DNA from: Promethearchaeota archaeon
GTDB taxonomy: Archaea; Asgardarchaeota; Lokiarchaeia; Sigyniarchaeales; SOKP01
Assembly: GCA_016839745.1 (NCBI GenBank)
Contig: JAEOTS010000009.1
Location: 18,131-82,130, forward strand
Length of the DNA: 64,000 bases
Direction of reading: 5' to 3'
Position numbers and translations under genes: made by a program
Part shown: piece after piece, positions 9,305 through 18,577 of the stretch
Layout: every line of letters begins with the position of its first letter
Position numbering within the stretch: the first letter of the stretch is position 1
The notes under the pieces: generated by a model
Told to the model about the DNA's origin: nothing
Database searches by the model: none
Seen by the model: the letters and a program-made list of their open reading frames with translations, nothing else

Positions 9305-10453
9305 TTATTTCATTCTTGCTGAAACCCAGTCGTAATAACCTTTATCTTCCATTACCTTCGGAATTTCGGCGAAGAATTGAGCAGTAATCTCTTTTACGTG
9401 TTTAGCTGCTACAGGATGGAACATCATAGCTAAATCTAAGCCCACTAAGCTCAGAGTTAATGCGTTAATGATTTCCCAGATAGGTCCTCTGTATTGTCTT
9501 AAACCCCATTGAGGTGCTTGCTTTTCACTCATCCAGGCTTCACGAGCCCCCCATGCATTAGTAGTTCCGCCACTAATTGGATAAGCTAAATCAGTTTCTC
9601 CCAATAAACCTGCGATTCGCATTCTTTGATAAATGCTAAATGAATATTCCATTCCATAACCTAAGGTAGCACATGTAGGGTCCATTACAATTCTATTTTT
9701 GGGTAATCCTAGTTCTAATGCGTCTTTGTTCATTTTTATTTGGTTATTTAAATCCAAGCTCGTCCAAAGTAAGCAATTATGGTCGTACTTAACGGCTAAA
9801 GGAATAACTTCCTCCCAGGTTGCTTTATCAGCTGCAGATAGCATTAAAACCTCGCTCTCGGTGGCAGCTGCAGTGACTTTAAATAACTCGACATCTTTTT
9901 CTTTATTTCCAGAGCAACCAATAATTACCGGAACATCAACGGCTTGTAAGATATCTTCTAAATATTTCACAGATTGCGAAACTGGTGCGTCGCCCATAGC
10001 AGGATCAATTTCTAGAGAATGAAAAGTTATGCTTTCTGCGCCGAACTTATCGACGGCAAATTTTGCCCATTCTGCGGGATCTCCTAATACTTCTCCATAT
10101 TCTTGCTTAATAGGTTTAGGTAACATCATTTTAGAGCCCATATCAAAAACATCATAAGTAACTAAAGGTGGGTTAGGATTTCTTTTGTCAAGACCAAGAA
10201 AGTTGTAAAACGGGGGAACCTTTTCTCCGCCAATTACTGCTTTCTTTCCGTTCGATCTTATGAATTCAATCGTTTCGATTTGTCCGGGAAATTCCAAATC
10301 AAGAGTAAATTTGGTTGGAGTCCATTCTGCTTTTCCAATTCCAGGTAAAACGGCTTGTGCAGCAGATTGAACGATACCGGGCAACATTTGAAACTCTAAA
10401 TACTCTGCGAATAAATCTACATCTTTTAGTTCGATTTCTTCAGTTTCTTTCAT
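9305..10453 (-). CDS. cdhD: CO dehydrogenase/acetyl-CoA synthase delta subunit (corrinoid Fe-S protein small subunit)
   Basis: IGGEKVPPFY, YDVFD, DPAEWAK, IIGCSGN..KD, IVMDPT..LGYGMEYS, NAWGAREAW and MMFHP motifs. The true start may be upstream (see findings). Confidence 0.93.
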   Translation of the reverse strand: MKETEEIELKDVDLFAEYLEFQMLPGIVQSAAQAVLPGIGKAEWTPTKFTLDLEFPGQIETIEFIRSNGKKAVIGGEKVPPFYNFLGLDKRNPNPPLVTYDVFDMGSKMMLPKPIKQEYGEVLGDPAEWAKFAVDKFGAESITFHSLEIDPAMGDAPVSQSVKYLEDILQAVDVPVIIGCSGNKEKDVELFKVTAAATESEVLMLSAADKATWEEVIPLAVKYDHNCLLWTSLDLNNQIKMNKDALELGLPKNRIVMDPTCATLGYGMEYSFSIYQRMRIAGLLGETDLAYPISGGTTNAWGAREAWMSEKQAPQWGLRQYRGPIWEIINALTLSLVGLDLAMMFHPVAAKHVKEITAQFFAEIPKVMEDKGYYDWVSARMK

Positions 10454-10586
10454 TAATTGGGCTAATTTCTTACTAATCTCATCAAACGAAATTTTGTATC
10501 ACTTTACATTATTATATTAAATCTATAATTAGGCTATTGGTGAATTGAATTTAAAATTATGTGATGGAAAATGATCAAGGATCACC

Positions 10587-10603
10587 CAAAATGATTGTTT
10601 TAT
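10587..10603. promoter_or_regulatory. Candidate operator upstream of cdhD (shared with metV copy 1)
   Basis: CAAAATGATTGTTTTAT is 15/17 identical to 34527-34543; there is a second half-site AAAATGATCA at 10568. Confidence 0.3.
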
Positions 10604-10728
10604 GTGGTTTAGATAAGAAAAATTTCGTAAAATTACTGAATTTGACCATTCTTTAAATATAGTCCACTTCGGAATTCGTCATGTATGTTTGAAAATGATA
10701 AAAAAAGTCTTTACTAAAAATTACTTTA

Positions 10729-11247
10729 TTAGTAATTCTTCTTTGTAATTCTCTTCTTAAATAAGATAATCAAGCTTGAAGTTAAAATAATAGTTAGAAT
10801 TAAGAGACCTATTTGATATCCAGGTATAATTGGAAGGTAATATCTCGTTAACTCGTCATTACTACAATAGAAAAAGAAAGTATCTGGTCCGTTTTCAATC
10901 AAAATTAGTTCGATGTAATAGATTTTAGACTCTGATGCTGTATAGTTAATGTAAGGATTATCATCTATACTATAATTTATTGCTACATCAAAAATATCAG
11001 GATTAAGGCTACTATCAATATTTATAAAAGATTCAGTAGGACGCCTATCATAAAGAAACAGGTTGAAATTTCCATCACCGCTGTGAGTTACATTAATTAC
11101 AATATTTTCATCTGCTTCTAAGTGAACAAGGAAATATACAGAAATACCGTTGTTTATATTATCTATATGCTCAAAACCAAAAACACTTACAGTTGGGATT
11201 AAAGTCATTAAAGTAAGAAGTGTAATCGCGAGATACTTTCGTTTCAT
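10729..11247 (-). CDS. Secreted/surface protein with a Loki-CTERM-like sorting signal
   Basis: Signal peptide MKRKYLAITLL..., a small beta domain, then C-terminal IPGY + TM helix + KKRITKK. Confidence 0.75.
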   Translation of the reverse strand: MKRKYLAITLLTLMTLIPTVSVFGFEHIDNINNGISVYFLVHLEADENIVINVTHSGDGNFNLFLYDRRPTESFINIDSSLNPDIFDVAINYSIDDNPYINYTASESKIYYIELILIENGPDTFFFYCSNDELTRYYLPIIPGYQIGLLILTIILTSSLIILFKKRITKKNY

Positions 11248-11320
11248 AATTTTGGTTAGGTAATAATTTTAAGTTTGATATAACGTTTAAACTAAATTAA
11301 GCTTTATTAAAATATGAAAT

Positions 11321-12229
11321 ATGAAAATAAGTGTGAACTTGTTTAACATGGACAAAATATCAATACAAAATTTAGAGTTTGGTAAGTATCATGGTCTTGG
11401 AAACGATTATGTAATAATAAATAATCTAAAATATGGGATTCCTGACGATAAAAAATCAGACTTAGCAAAAATATTATGTAAGCATCATTATTCTATAGGG
11501 GCTGATGGAGTTTTATTTGTTTGCCATCCAAAAAAAACGGAAGTGAGGATGAAAATGTTCAATCCCGACGGTACTCAAGCCGAGATGTGTGGAAATGGAG
11601 TTCGATGTTTTGCGAAATTTCTTTACGAAAACGATATTTATAAAAAAGATAAAATAGAGATTGAAACACTTAAAAGTATTGTAATCGCTAAACTTACTGT
11701 TATTAATGATAAAGTCGAAACAGTAACAATTGATATGGGCACTCCGACTTTAGATTGCGAGAGCATTCCAGTTAATTTAGAAAGTCCGGTAAATCAATGC
11801 GTTAATGAATCAATAGTAGTTTTAGATAAGATTTTTAAATTTACAGCAGTATCAACAGGTAACCCTCACGCTATTATTTTTTCAAAAGAGGTCATTAATG
11901 ACGATGATTTGAAGAAATATGGTGCTGCAATCGAGTCTAATATCCTTTTTCCAAAAAAAACCAATGTAGAATTCGTAAAAGTATTGTCCAAAGAGGAAGC
12001 TATTCTGAGAGTTTTTGAAAGAGGAGTTGGCGTAACTAATTCGTGTGGAACCGGTACTTGTGCTGCTGTAGTAGCAGGAACGACTTTAGGATTATTTAGG
12101 AAAAATACTCCCGTTACAGTCCATAACGATGGGGGTGATTTGAAAATTACTTATGATGGGAAATCAGTTTTTATGGAAGGTCCGGCTGAAAAAGTTTTTG
12201 ACGGAGTAATTGAAACAATTGAGTTTTAA
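11321..12229 (+). CDS. dapF: Diaminopimelate epimerase
   Basis: KYHGLGNDY, IGADG, AEMCGNG, GNPH, TNVEF and ERGVGVTNSCGTG motifs. Confidence 0.96.
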   Translation: MKISVNLFNMDKISIQNLEFGKYHGLGNDYVIINNLKYGIPDDKKSDLAKILCKHHYSIGADGVLFVCHPKKTEVRMKMFNPDGTQAEMCGNGVRCFAKFLYENDIYKKDKIEIETLKSIVIAKLTVINDKVETVTIDMGTPTLDCESIPVNLESPVNQCVNESIVVLDKIFKFTAVSTGNPHAIIFSKEVINDDDLKKYGAAIESNILFPKKTNVEFVKVLSKEEAILRVFERGVGVTNSCGTGTCAAVVAGTTLGLFRKNTPVTVHNDGGDLKITYDGKSVFMEGPAEKVFDGVIETIEF

Positions 12230-12302
12230 TTTGTTTTCATAATTTACTTGGCCATTTTTATTTAAAAAAGAAGGAAATTTATCAAATTTGAGGTAATAAA
12301 CT

Positions 12303-13616
12303 ATGAATTATTCTGATTGGTTAAAGAGAAAAGGATTAGAATATAGAGAGGATATATTGTATTTTGCAAAAAAAAAAACCTTAGATATCGCTAAAAGGTT
12401 TGGTACACCCCTTTATGTAATTAACGAACAAATGATACGTGAGCGCTACAGAAGCTTGAAAAATGTTTTAAATCACGAATACAAAAATAACCAAATTAAC
12501 TATGCTGTTAAAGCAAATTCAAATCTGTCTGTTCTAAAAATTCTGAATTCAGAAGGGGCTTCCTTCGATTGTACTTCTATGGGAGAAGTGTACATTTGTT
12601 TAAAAGCGGGTATATCTTCAGAAAAGATGATATATACGGGAAATATGTTCACAGATGCTGACTTTAAATTCGCAGTAAAAAATAATGTTTTCGTCAATTT
12701 AGACAGTCTAAGCCAATTGAACCGTTTAGTACGAATTCATGAGAGCCTTGGTAAGGAAAAAAAAGCTATCTCTTTTAGGATAAATCCAGAATTTGGGGCA
12801 GGACACCATAAACACACAATTACAGCAGGAAAAGACATAAAATTTGGTATACTCGAACAACAAGCAATAGAAGCGTACAGAAAAGCTAAAGAAGCTGGTT
12901 TTGAAAAATTTGGTATTCATCAGCATATTGGGTCTGGAGTAATAAACGCTCTCGATTTTGGAAAACCAGCAGAAAAATTTATTAGTATTATCAAGAAAAT
13001 AATAAAAACACTTGATATTAAGTTTGAATTCATCGATTTTGGTGGGGGTTTGGGAATTCCTTATCGACCAGAAGAAGAACCATTAGATTTAGAGAGTTAT
13101 AAAAATTTAGTAATAAAACCGTTTTTGAATTTGTTGGAGGCAGAAGAGTTAGGCGAACCCATTTTTAAAATCGAACCAGGACGTTTCCTAAGCGCGGAGT
13201 CTACAATTTTATTAACGCAGATAAATACAATAAAAGATAATGGATTTAAGCTTTTTGCTGGAGTTAACGCTGGTTTTAATACGCTAATTCGTCCAACATT
13301 ATACAATAGTTATCATCATATAATTCCTTGTGATTTAAAAGGAAAAAAGCGGGAATTTGAATATGATATTGTAGGACCTATTTGTGAGTCTGGAGACATT
13401 CTTGGAGAAGGTAGGAAATTAAATGAGTTGAAAGAGGAAGATTATCTTGCTATTCTTGATACTGGAGCATACGGTTTTGTTATGAGTAGCCCTTATAATT
13501 CAAGACCTAGACCTGCTGAAGTATTAATTAATAATAATTCTGTGTATGAGATTAGAAGGGCAGAAACTTTCGAGGATCTATTAAACGGTCAAAAAGTTCC
13601 AGAACATTTAAAATAA
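12303..13616 (+). CDS. lysA: Diaminopimelate decarboxylase
   Basis: YAVKAN (PLP lysine), HIGS, DFGGGLG, EPGR, GPICESGD, GAYG and YNSRPRP motifs. Confidence 0.96.
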   Translation: MNYSDWLKRKGLEYREDILYFAKKKTLDIAKRFGTPLYVINEQMIRERYRSLKNVLNHEYKNNQINYAVKANSNLSVLKILNSEGASFDCTSMGEVYICLKAGISSEKMIYTGNMFTDADFKFAVKNNVFVNLDSLSQLNRLVRIHESLGKEKKAISFRINPEFGAGHHKHTITAGKDIKFGILEQQAIEAYRKAKEAGFEKFGIHQHIGSGVINALDFGKPAEKFISIIKKIIKTLDIKFEFIDFGGGLGIPYRPEEEPLDLESYKNLVIKPFLNLLEAEELGEPIFKIEPGRFLSAESTILLTQINTIKDNGFKLFAGVNAGFNTLIRPTLYNSYHHIIPCDLKGKKREFEYDIVGPICESGDILGEGRKLNELKEEDYLAILDTGAYGFVMSSPYNSRPRPAEVLINNNSVYEIRRAETFEDLLNGQKVPEHLK

Positions 13617-13673
13617 GAAAAAAGAATTAAATCCTTTATAACGTTAATTATCACGAGATAGAATTATAAATAT

Positions 13674-13774
13674 GGGCTGCGTAAGGATTGGATACCCTTT
13701 ATGCCGTTTCGATGAAGAGTTGGCGTAATGAAATCTATATTACTTAGATTAATGATAATACCGATCTGCTCTGA
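13674..13774 (+). ncRNA. Candidate box C/D-like guide sRNA with a structured 5' leader
   Basis: C-like TCGATGA 13709-15, 12 nt guide, D' ATGA 13728-31, hairpin AATCTA/TAGATT, C' ATGATAA 13752-58, 12 nt guide, D CTGA 13771-74. TATA-like elements at 13635 and 13664. Confidence 0.55.
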
Positions 13775-13898
13775 TTTATTTATAATTTTATCTCTCTTAT
13801 TAAAAAGATAAGTATAATTTTTAAATGAAAGAAAATCTTCTTAAAACCTAAGAACTTTTTATTTTATCATCACAGAAATTATAATTAAAGTTTTATCT

Positions 13899-14624
13899 AT
13901 GAATGTTGCTATTTTATCTGATATTCATGGAAATATTCACGCATTAAACGCCGTAATATCTGACATCAAATCTCTCAACATCTCAGAAATTGTATTTTTA
14001 GGAGATTTGGTTATAAATGGCCCTTCACCATCGGAAGTATTTCAAGAATTGCGAAATTTAAAACCAATTTGTTGGATAAAAGGAAATACTGACACCTGGT
14101 TTGCTGAAATAAATGACGAATGGTCACCAACTACGGAACAAGAAGAAAAATTATATAATCTTTTTATCTTTGCTCGAAATTATTTAACCAAAGAATCGAT
14201 AGAATTTTTATTAAAACGCCCTGAGAAATGTGTTTTTGAAACTGCTGGAGTAGCTATCTTAGCATTACACGGATCGCCTAGATCTATTTCAGAAGGTATA
14301 GGAAAAAATATTACGCAGAATGAACTTAAAGGAATTTTCTCAGATATAGAAGAATCAGTTATAGTGTCAGGACATTCACATGTACCTTTTATAGGAAAGG
14401 TTGCGAATAAATTTATTTTTAATGTAGGAAGTATTGGAATGTCCTTAGACGATGATAATAGAGCGTCTTACGGTATAATAAAAATTAAAAATGAGATCCC
14501 TGAATGTTCGATCCGAAGAATAGCATATCCTATAAGTAAAACTCTATCAATAGCACAGAATCGGGATTTTCCTGATTTGAAAAATTATAAAAAAAAGTTA
14601 AATGAAGCGAGAAGTTCACCGTAA
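13899..14624 (+). CDS. Calcineurin-like metallophosphoesterase (YfcE/MJ0936-like)
   Basis: SDIHGN, LGDLV, KGNTD, HGSP, GHSH and NVGS motifs. Confidence 0.9.
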   Translation: MNVAILSDIHGNIHALNAVISDIKSLNISEIVFLGDLVINGPSPSEVFQELRNLKPICWIKGNTDTWFAEINDEWSPTTEQEEKLYNLFIFARNYLTKESIEFLLKRPEKCVFETAGVAILALHGSPRSISEGIGKNITQNELKGIFSDIEESVIVSGHSHVPFIGKVANKFIFNVGSIGMSLDDDNRASYGIIKIKNEIPECSIRRIAYPISKTLSIAQNRDFPDLKNYKKKLNEARSSP

Positions 14625-14646
14625 ATTTATTTAAAGATATAAAAAG

Positions 14647-15468
14647 CTAAAGATCAAGTACATCTTTCATTTCGAAAATTTTATTTTCTTTCACTTTGGC
14701 AACAAATTTGATAGCTTTAATTGCTCCTGATGCGAAACATGCTCTACTATGAGCTTGATGCTTTAATTCTATTCGTTCGCCTGGTCCTGCAAATAAGATG
14801 GTATGGTCGCCAATAATATCACCACCCCGGACAGAATGGATGCCTATTTCGCTTTTTGCTCCAACGAGTCGCTTATTTGGTCCTTTTTCTCTTCCATATT
14901 TTGCTATTTCATCTAAGTTAGAACCTATCGCATTAGTTATAGCCTCTCCAATTTTTAAAGCAGTGCCACTAGGAGAATCAACTTTCCTATGATGATGTGC
15001 CTCTATGACTTCTATATCCCACTCCTTCAAATAGCTTGCTATTATACCGGAGATTTTAAATAGGAGATTTACTCCAGTGGCCATATTTGGTGATATTACA
15101 GCAGGAGCTCTATTTTTTTCTACAAGTTCTTTAAACTTTTCTAAAAAATCTTTTGACATAGCAGTTGTTCCAATTACGCACCGTATTCCGTTTTTAACAC
15201 AAATTAGGCAATTCTTTTCTGTAGCTCTTGCAACTGTAAAATCAACAACCACATCTGGCTTGGTTTCGTTAATAACCTCTTGAATATTATTCACATCTTT
15301 GATCATAATCTTATTAGCGTCATCGATTGCTACAAGGGCTCCTAACTCATTATTAATTTGAGTTAGGTCGCATGCAGCTACAACTTCTATTTCGCCATCG
15401 GTAATTGCGAGTGAGGAAATTAATTTTCCCATCGATCCGGTAGGACCTAGTATTAATAACTTTATCAT
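14647..15468 (-). CDS. dapB: 4-hydroxy-tetrahydrodipicolinate reductase
   Basis: GPTGSMG, DFT, IGTT, EAHHHRKVDSPSGTA, RGGDIIGDH and H.A.SR..FA.GA motifs. Confidence 0.96.
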   Translation of the reverse strand: MIKLLILGPTGSMGKLISSLAITDGEIEVVAACDLTQINNELGALVAIDDANKIMIKDVNNIQEVINETKPDVVVDFTVARATEKNCLICVKNGIRCVIGTTAMSKDFLEKFKELVEKNRAPAVISPNMATGVNLLFKISGIIASYLKEWDIEVIEAHHHRKVDSPSGTALKIGEAITNAIGSNLDEIAKYGREKGPNKRLVGAKSEIGIHSVRGGDIIGDHTILFAGPGERIELKHQAHSRACFASGAIKAIKFVAKVKENKIFEMKDVLDL

Positions 15469-15494
15469 CTCAATTCCTCAATCATACTAGTGAT

Positions 15495-16394
15495 CTATAT
15501 TAAGTTTAGATTTCTTAATACAGTCTTTATTTTTTCTTGATTTTCTTCTAAAGGTGGAGTTAAAGGTAATCTCATCCTTTTATTCATAATGCCCATTATT
15601 TCAGCGGAAAACTTAACAGGACCGGGATTGGTTTCCACAAATAATATTTTGAAAAGATTAAAAAGTTCCAATTGCATTTCCCTTGCCCTATCCCAATTTC
15701 CCTTAAGCATGGTGTTCGTGAATTCCACTAGTTTAGCGGGTATAATATTTGAGGCTACGCTTACAACTCCTTTGCCACCTAAAGCCATTATATGAAATGT
15801 CATCCCGTCATCACCACTAAGTACTATGAAATCATCTGGAGTTGTTTTTATGATCTTCGTAATTTGGTCTATGTTTCCGCTCGCACATTTAATCCCAACG
15901 ATGTTATCTTTTTTATATGCTAATTTTGAAACAGTTTCAGGTTCTAGATTCCTCCCCGTCCTACTGGGAACATTATAAAGAACTATTGGCAAAGAAATTG
16001 AATCTGCTACTGTGGAAAAATGATCGATCAGAGAATGTTGAACAGGTTTATTATAATACGGTACAACTACTAAGCACCCGTCTGCACCTGCTTTTTCAGC
16101 GTACTGGCAAAGCGAAATCGCTTCTTTAGTTGAATTACTCCCACAACCCGCTAAAATAAAGGGATCTTTTCCACTCTTCTTCCCTTCATCAATAGCTATA
16201 TCCATAGCAACATGGTGTTCTTCGTGAGAAAGGGTCGCTGATTCTCCCGTGGTGCCCATAGTTAGTGGTTGACACCCGTTGTCAATCTGAAACCTGATAA
16301 ATTCTCTATATTTTCCCTCGTCTATTTCTAAATCCTCTGTGAAAGGTGTAATCATCGCAGTAATGACATTTTGTAATTTTTCTATTTTATTCAT
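15495..16394 (-). CDS. dapA: 4-hydroxy-tetrahydrodipicolinate synthase
   Basis: GTTGES, GSNST, PYYNKP, LYNVPSRTG, GIK, SGDD and ETNPGPVK motifs. Confidence 0.96.
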   Translation of the reverse strand: MNKIEKLQNVITAMITPFTEDLEIDEGKYREFIRFQIDNGCQPLTMGTTGESATLSHEEHHVAMDIAIDEGKKSGKDPFILAGCGSNSTKEAISLCQYAEKAGADGCLVVVPYYNKPVQHSLIDHFSTVADSISLPIVLYNVPSRTGRNLEPETVSKLAYKKDNIVGIKCASGNIDQITKIIKTTPDDFIVLSGDDGMTFHIMALGGKGVVSVASNIIPAKLVEFTNTMLKGNWDRAREMQLELFNLFKILFVETNPGPVKFSAEIMGIMNKRMRLPLTPPLEENQEKIKTVLRNLNLI

Positions 16395-16645
16395 ATACTC
16401 TCAACTCGGTTTTAAATATATTGAATGATTGTATTGACTTAACTATTTAAATAAAAAATGCTAATTAAAGTATTATTTGGTAAAGCTCACTTATAAGCCT
16501 TATTGCTAAACGCATCATAAATAAATCTCTAAGCAATTTGAGTCTCGTTGTATCCTCCTTTGATTTTGGGGATTAATGATTTTAGTTTAAGACAAAAAAT
16601 AAATAGGAAGTTAATTATGATTTTGGTATAAAATTCTATAATAAC

Positions 16646-17656
16646 ATGAAAATCGATTATTTAGATAAATTTTCCGGAACCCTTTTAGGAGTAAGCATTG
16701 GAGACACCTTAGGTCATCCGTTTGAAGGAATGATCAGGGAAAGAATATATTCACATTTTAAGGACTTCAAACAATATTTGAAAGACAACAAACGGTTCTT
16801 CAAAACTTACACAGATGACACTCAACTGACACTACACACAGCAGAAGCGCTTATCCAAGGATCAGGATTTAATGAAAACAATTTCATTAGGGAGTATGTT
16901 AAATGGCTTGACGATCCTCCAATAGGTCCCGGATTTGGGTGCATATCCTCCATACAAAAATTAAAATACGGAATTCCATGGAAAAAAGCAGCTTCAAATT
17001 CCGGAGGTAATGGCACAGCAATGAGAGTCTCTCCTATTGGACTATTTTATTGTAAAGACATAAAGAGTTTAAATAGTGCGGCGTTAAAATCTAGTGTAAT
17101 TACTCATTCTCACCCAGCAGCTTCGGCAGGTGCTATCGTTATAGCAAGAGCAATAGCTTTTCTAGTTGATAAATCAGTAGAGAATCGTTTCTCAATAGAG
17201 GAATTTTTTGCTACTTTAATATCTTCAATTTCAGACTCGCAAGAAAAAATATGGGAAGAATTTATTAAGATTTTAAATAGAGTTAAAGACAATCTCAACA
17301 TTTCAGTAGAGACTGGGCTAATAAAATTTTCCCAAGTGGGTGTAAAATCTCCGTTCTTTATCGAAGATTATTTGGGTAAAGCTTTTGTTCATCCCTATAC
17401 ATTAAGCACCGTCGCTTGCGCAATATTCATCTTTTTAAAAAATCTGAACTCGTTTGAAGATTGTATCATTCAATTAGCTACTGCGGGTGGCGATAGTGAT
17501 ACTGTAGGTGCTATTGGTGGGAGCTTAGCTGGAGCTTATTTCGGATTAGGAAATATTCCAGATGATTTGAAAACGATGGTAAAACAGCATAAAAATATCT
17601 TAAAAATTAGTGAGCAATTACATTTTAAATTCATAGAAAAATACGAAATATTTTAA
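16646..17656 (+). CDS. ADP-ribosylglycohydrolase (DraG/ARH family)
   Basis: GDTLG..FE, TDDT, GNGTAMR, TH.H and GGDSDT motifs. Confidence 0.92.
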   Translation: MKIDYLDKFSGTLLGVSIGDTLGHPFEGMIRERIYSHFKDFKQYLKDNKRFFKTYTDDTQLTLHTAEALIQGSGFNENNFIREYVKWLDDPPIGPGFGCISSIQKLKYGIPWKKAASNSGGNGTAMRVSPIGLFYCKDIKSLNSAALKSSVITHSHPAASAGAIVIARAIAFLVDKSVENRFSIEEFFATLISSISDSQEKIWEEFIKILNRVKDNLNISVETGLIKFSQVGVKSPFFIEDYLGKAFVHPYTLSTVACAIFIFLKNLNSFEDCIIQLATAGGDSDTVGAIGGSLAGAYFGLGNIPDDLKTMVKQHKNILKISEQLHFKFIEKYEIF

Positions 17657-18222
17657 TCAGCTCTACTTAGATACTTCTTCAGTTTTTTCAAACATATTTC
17701 GCAGAAATCATGCGGTTTTTTATCGGTATCGTCTAAGGAGTTTGAGAAACGCATCACACATAGATTCTCGCAATGTTCTAATCCAAAAGTGTGGCCAAGC
17801 TCGTGAATTGCTTCTTTGAGAACTCTTTGCTCAAATTGAGCTTCATTTTCGGTTCTTCTATAGAATTCTTCTCTTAAGCGAGTAACTGAAATTAATGCGC
17901 TCCCAAAAGACTTATTTCTAGGCAGATCAGCAACGCCAAATACAAAGTTTAAAAATTTAGAGAAAATGTCAACATCCATAACCCCCAGAATGCGATAATA
18001 ATTTTTATTCTTTACATGAGCGTTTAATCTTTTTTTAACTTGTAACGCATCGTATTGTCGCTTTATGGGTTCAAATTCGGAATCCAACACGGGAAGTTGG
18101 TCAGGAAGGATAACAACTTTGATATTATATTTTTTAAAGAACCACTTTAAATTCTTTTTAAGAATTATTAATATTCCGGGTTCGATATCTCCAATTTTCT
18201 GCAAATATATTGTTTTCGTCAT
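17653..18222 (-). CDS. amzA: Archaemetzincin zinc metalloprotease
   Basis: KEAIHELGHTFGLEHC..CVMRFS...D.K..FC..C; RQY; LNFVFG. Confidence 0.92.
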   Translation of the reverse strand: MTKTIYLQKIGDIEPGILIILKKNLKWFFKKYNIKVVILPDQLPVLDSEFEPIKRQYDALQVKKRLNAHVKNKNYYRILGVMDVDIFSKFLNFVFGVADLPRNKSFGSALISVTRLREEFYRRTENEAQFEQRVLKEAIHELGHTFGLEHCENLCVMRFSNSLDDTDKKPHDFCEICLKKLKKYLSRAD

Positions 18223-18421
18223 TTTAGAGCTAACTTAAATAGCTTTCCTAAGGAAGTTAAATATAACCTAATTTATTAGATTTAACAATAACTGCTTAGA
18301 TGGAATAAAGAAATAAAAAAATTAAAAATCGAAAAAAGATTTGGATCATTATTATTGATATTTTATAATGTAATTTTTCATTATGAAAGCATAATTTATC
18401 AAACTACTCCTCGAATTTAAT

Positions 18422-18495
18422 GGGAGGGTGGTCTAGCTTGGTATGATTCCTGGTTTGGGACCAGGTGGCCGGGGGTTCGAATCCCCCCTCTCCCA
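18422..18495 (+). tRNA. tRNA-Pro (TGG), intronless, CCA not encoded
   Basis: Acceptor stem GGGAGGG/CTCTCCC, anticodon arm CCTGG-TTTGGGA-CCAGG, T-loop GTTCGAATC, followed by a T-tract. Confidence 0.95.
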
Positions 18496-18577
18496 TTTTT
18501 CTAATTATCTTTCTTGAGAGATCTAATTTCAAAGAATATGATCAAAAAAAACTAAGCGGTTATAAAATGAAAAAGGA

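Noticed and set aside
13728-13756. SECIS element (ATGA...GA around a hairpin)
   Set aside because: The helix is only 6 bp, there is no apical AA motif, and lysA has no in-frame TGA. A C/D-type K-turn fits better.
16395-16645. Lysine riboswitch upstream of dapA
   Set aside because: No lysine-riboswitch consensus on either strand; only a weak stem and a stop-interrupted frame that may be a gene remnant.
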